Below are positions 31,059-32,000 of a stretch of 32,000 bases of DNA, one piece after another; within the stretch, counting starts at the first letter, position 1, and each line of letters begins with the position of its first letter. This DNA is from Candidatus Saccharimonadota bacterium (GTDB lineage: Archaea > Nanobdellota > Nanobdellia > Pacearchaeales > GW2011-AR1). The notes under the pieces were generated by a model, which was given only the letters and a program-made list of their open reading frames with translations, had not been told where the DNA came from and did no database searches. The position numbers and the translations under genes are program-made. The stretch covers positions 454,530 to 486,529 of the forward strand of contig JBAZYG010000001.1 in NCBI GenBank assembly GCA_041659445.1, read 5' to 3'.

Positions 31059-32000
31059 ATCCAGTTGATCCTGCTGGCGGCTGCGGCTCTCTGGTTTGTA
31101 CTTAGACATGCAAGTCTTTTAGTTTCTTCGGAAGTTAAAGGCGAACTGCTCAGTAACACGTAGCTAATCTAACCTTAAGTCAAGGATACCCTCGGGAAAC
31201 TGAGATTAATACTTGATAGGAGATATGCCCTGGAATGACTTATCTCTAAAATTCGAGCTTAAGGATGAGGCTGCGGCGGATTAGGTTGTTGGCGGGGTAA
31301 ATGCCCACCAAGCCGATGATCCGTAAGGGCTCTTAGCGGAGAGGCCCTGAGAGGGAATCTGAGACACTATTCCCAGCCCTACGGGGTGCAGCAGTTAAGA
31401 ATCATCTGCAATACACGCAAGTGTGACAGTTTGAACCAGAGTGCTTTTCAATCGAAAAGCTTTTCTGCACTGTAAAAAGGTGTAGGAATAAGGACTGGGT
31501 AAGACGGGTGCCAGCCGCCGCGGTAATACCCGCGGTCCAAGTCGCAGCCATTTTTATTGGGTCTAAAACATCCGTAGCTTGCTTTATAAGTCCCTTGTGA
31601 AATTTTGCATCTCAAATGTAGAGCGTGCAAGGGGTACTGTAAAGCTAGAGACTGGGAGACGTAAGAAGTACGTTCAAAGTAATAGTAAAATATGTTAATC
31701 TTGGACGGACTAACAATAGCGAAGGCATCTTACGAGAACAGTTCTGACAGTAAGGGATGAAGGCTAGGGGCGCAAAACGGATTAGATACCCGTGTAGTCC
31801 TAGCAGTAAACACTGCACACTAAACATCAGTATCTCTTCGAGAGGTATTGGTGCTGCAGGGAAGCCGAAGAGTGTGCTACCTGGGAAGTATAGTCGCAAG
31901 GCCGAAACTTAAAGGAATTGGCGGGGAGACACTACAACGAGTGACGCGTGCGGTTCAATTAGATTCCACACCGTGAACCTCACCAGGAGCGACAGCAGAA
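31059..32000 (+). rRNA. rrs: 16S rRNA gene, 5' ~940 nt (runs off the window end)
   Basis: Conserved archaeal SSU landmarks are atccagttgatcctgc at 31059, gtgccagccgccgcggtaatac at 31508, ggattagatacccgtgtagtcc at 31779 and aaacttaaaggaattggcgggg at 31905. Their spacing is normal, so no insertion or intron is evident. GC content is far higher than in the flanks. Confidence 0.95.

Noticed and set aside
31448-31899. ORFs 31448-31630 and 31645-31899.
   Set aside because: They lie inside the 16S rRNA gene and are spurious.
1-32000. Searched by eye for CRISPR arrays, tRNA genes (GC-rich ~75-nt islands), transposase or integrase genes and long terminal inverted repeats.
   Set aside because: None found. 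The only GC-rich islands are the 16S gene and the short 28651-28790 spacer, which does not fold into a cloverleaf.

Overview
This is a very AT-rich (by eye about 25-30% GC), gene-dense archaeal chromosome segment. Intergenic gaps are tiny, many gene junctions overlap or are 1 nt apart, and most transcripts appear leaderless, with a TATA box about 25 nt upstream of the ATG. The compact proteins, K/E-rich extensions, one giant glycoprotein and many orphan mini-ORFs suggest a small-genome DPANN-type archaeon; that is inference, not a database result.

The backbone is information processing:
- aCPSF1 (partial), psmB, and mre11-rad50.
- A two-subunit 2-oxoacid:ferredoxin oxidoreductase.
- RNase J with an Mtq2-like methyltransferase, and RNase P Pop5.
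- The psmA-SBDS-rrp4-rrp41-rrp42 exosome superoperon, fused directly to rpoK-eno-rps2.
- The first ~940 nt of a 16S rRNA gene at the window end.

The most unusual observations are:
1. Three paralogous ~90-aa orphan genes are interleaved one per junction into the exosome operon. Each is bracketed by direct repeats of the TAAAATGAC junction.
2. The Pop5-psmA link is split by a 1398-aa, sequon-saturated surface protein that is translationally coupled to a 60-aa HTH gene.
3. A 4.7-kb island of orphan small genes lies between rps2 and the 16S gene. Three of them are driven by copies of the same promoter/operator element, two of which are 28 nt and identical. The island also carries a stand-alone LigD-type phosphoesterase.
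4. Several genes show start-proximal micro-duplications (mre11, psmA/54-aa ORF, paralogue B/rrp41).

No CRISPR array, tRNA gene or recognisable transposase was seen. All homology calls rest on motif recognition by eye; no searches were run.
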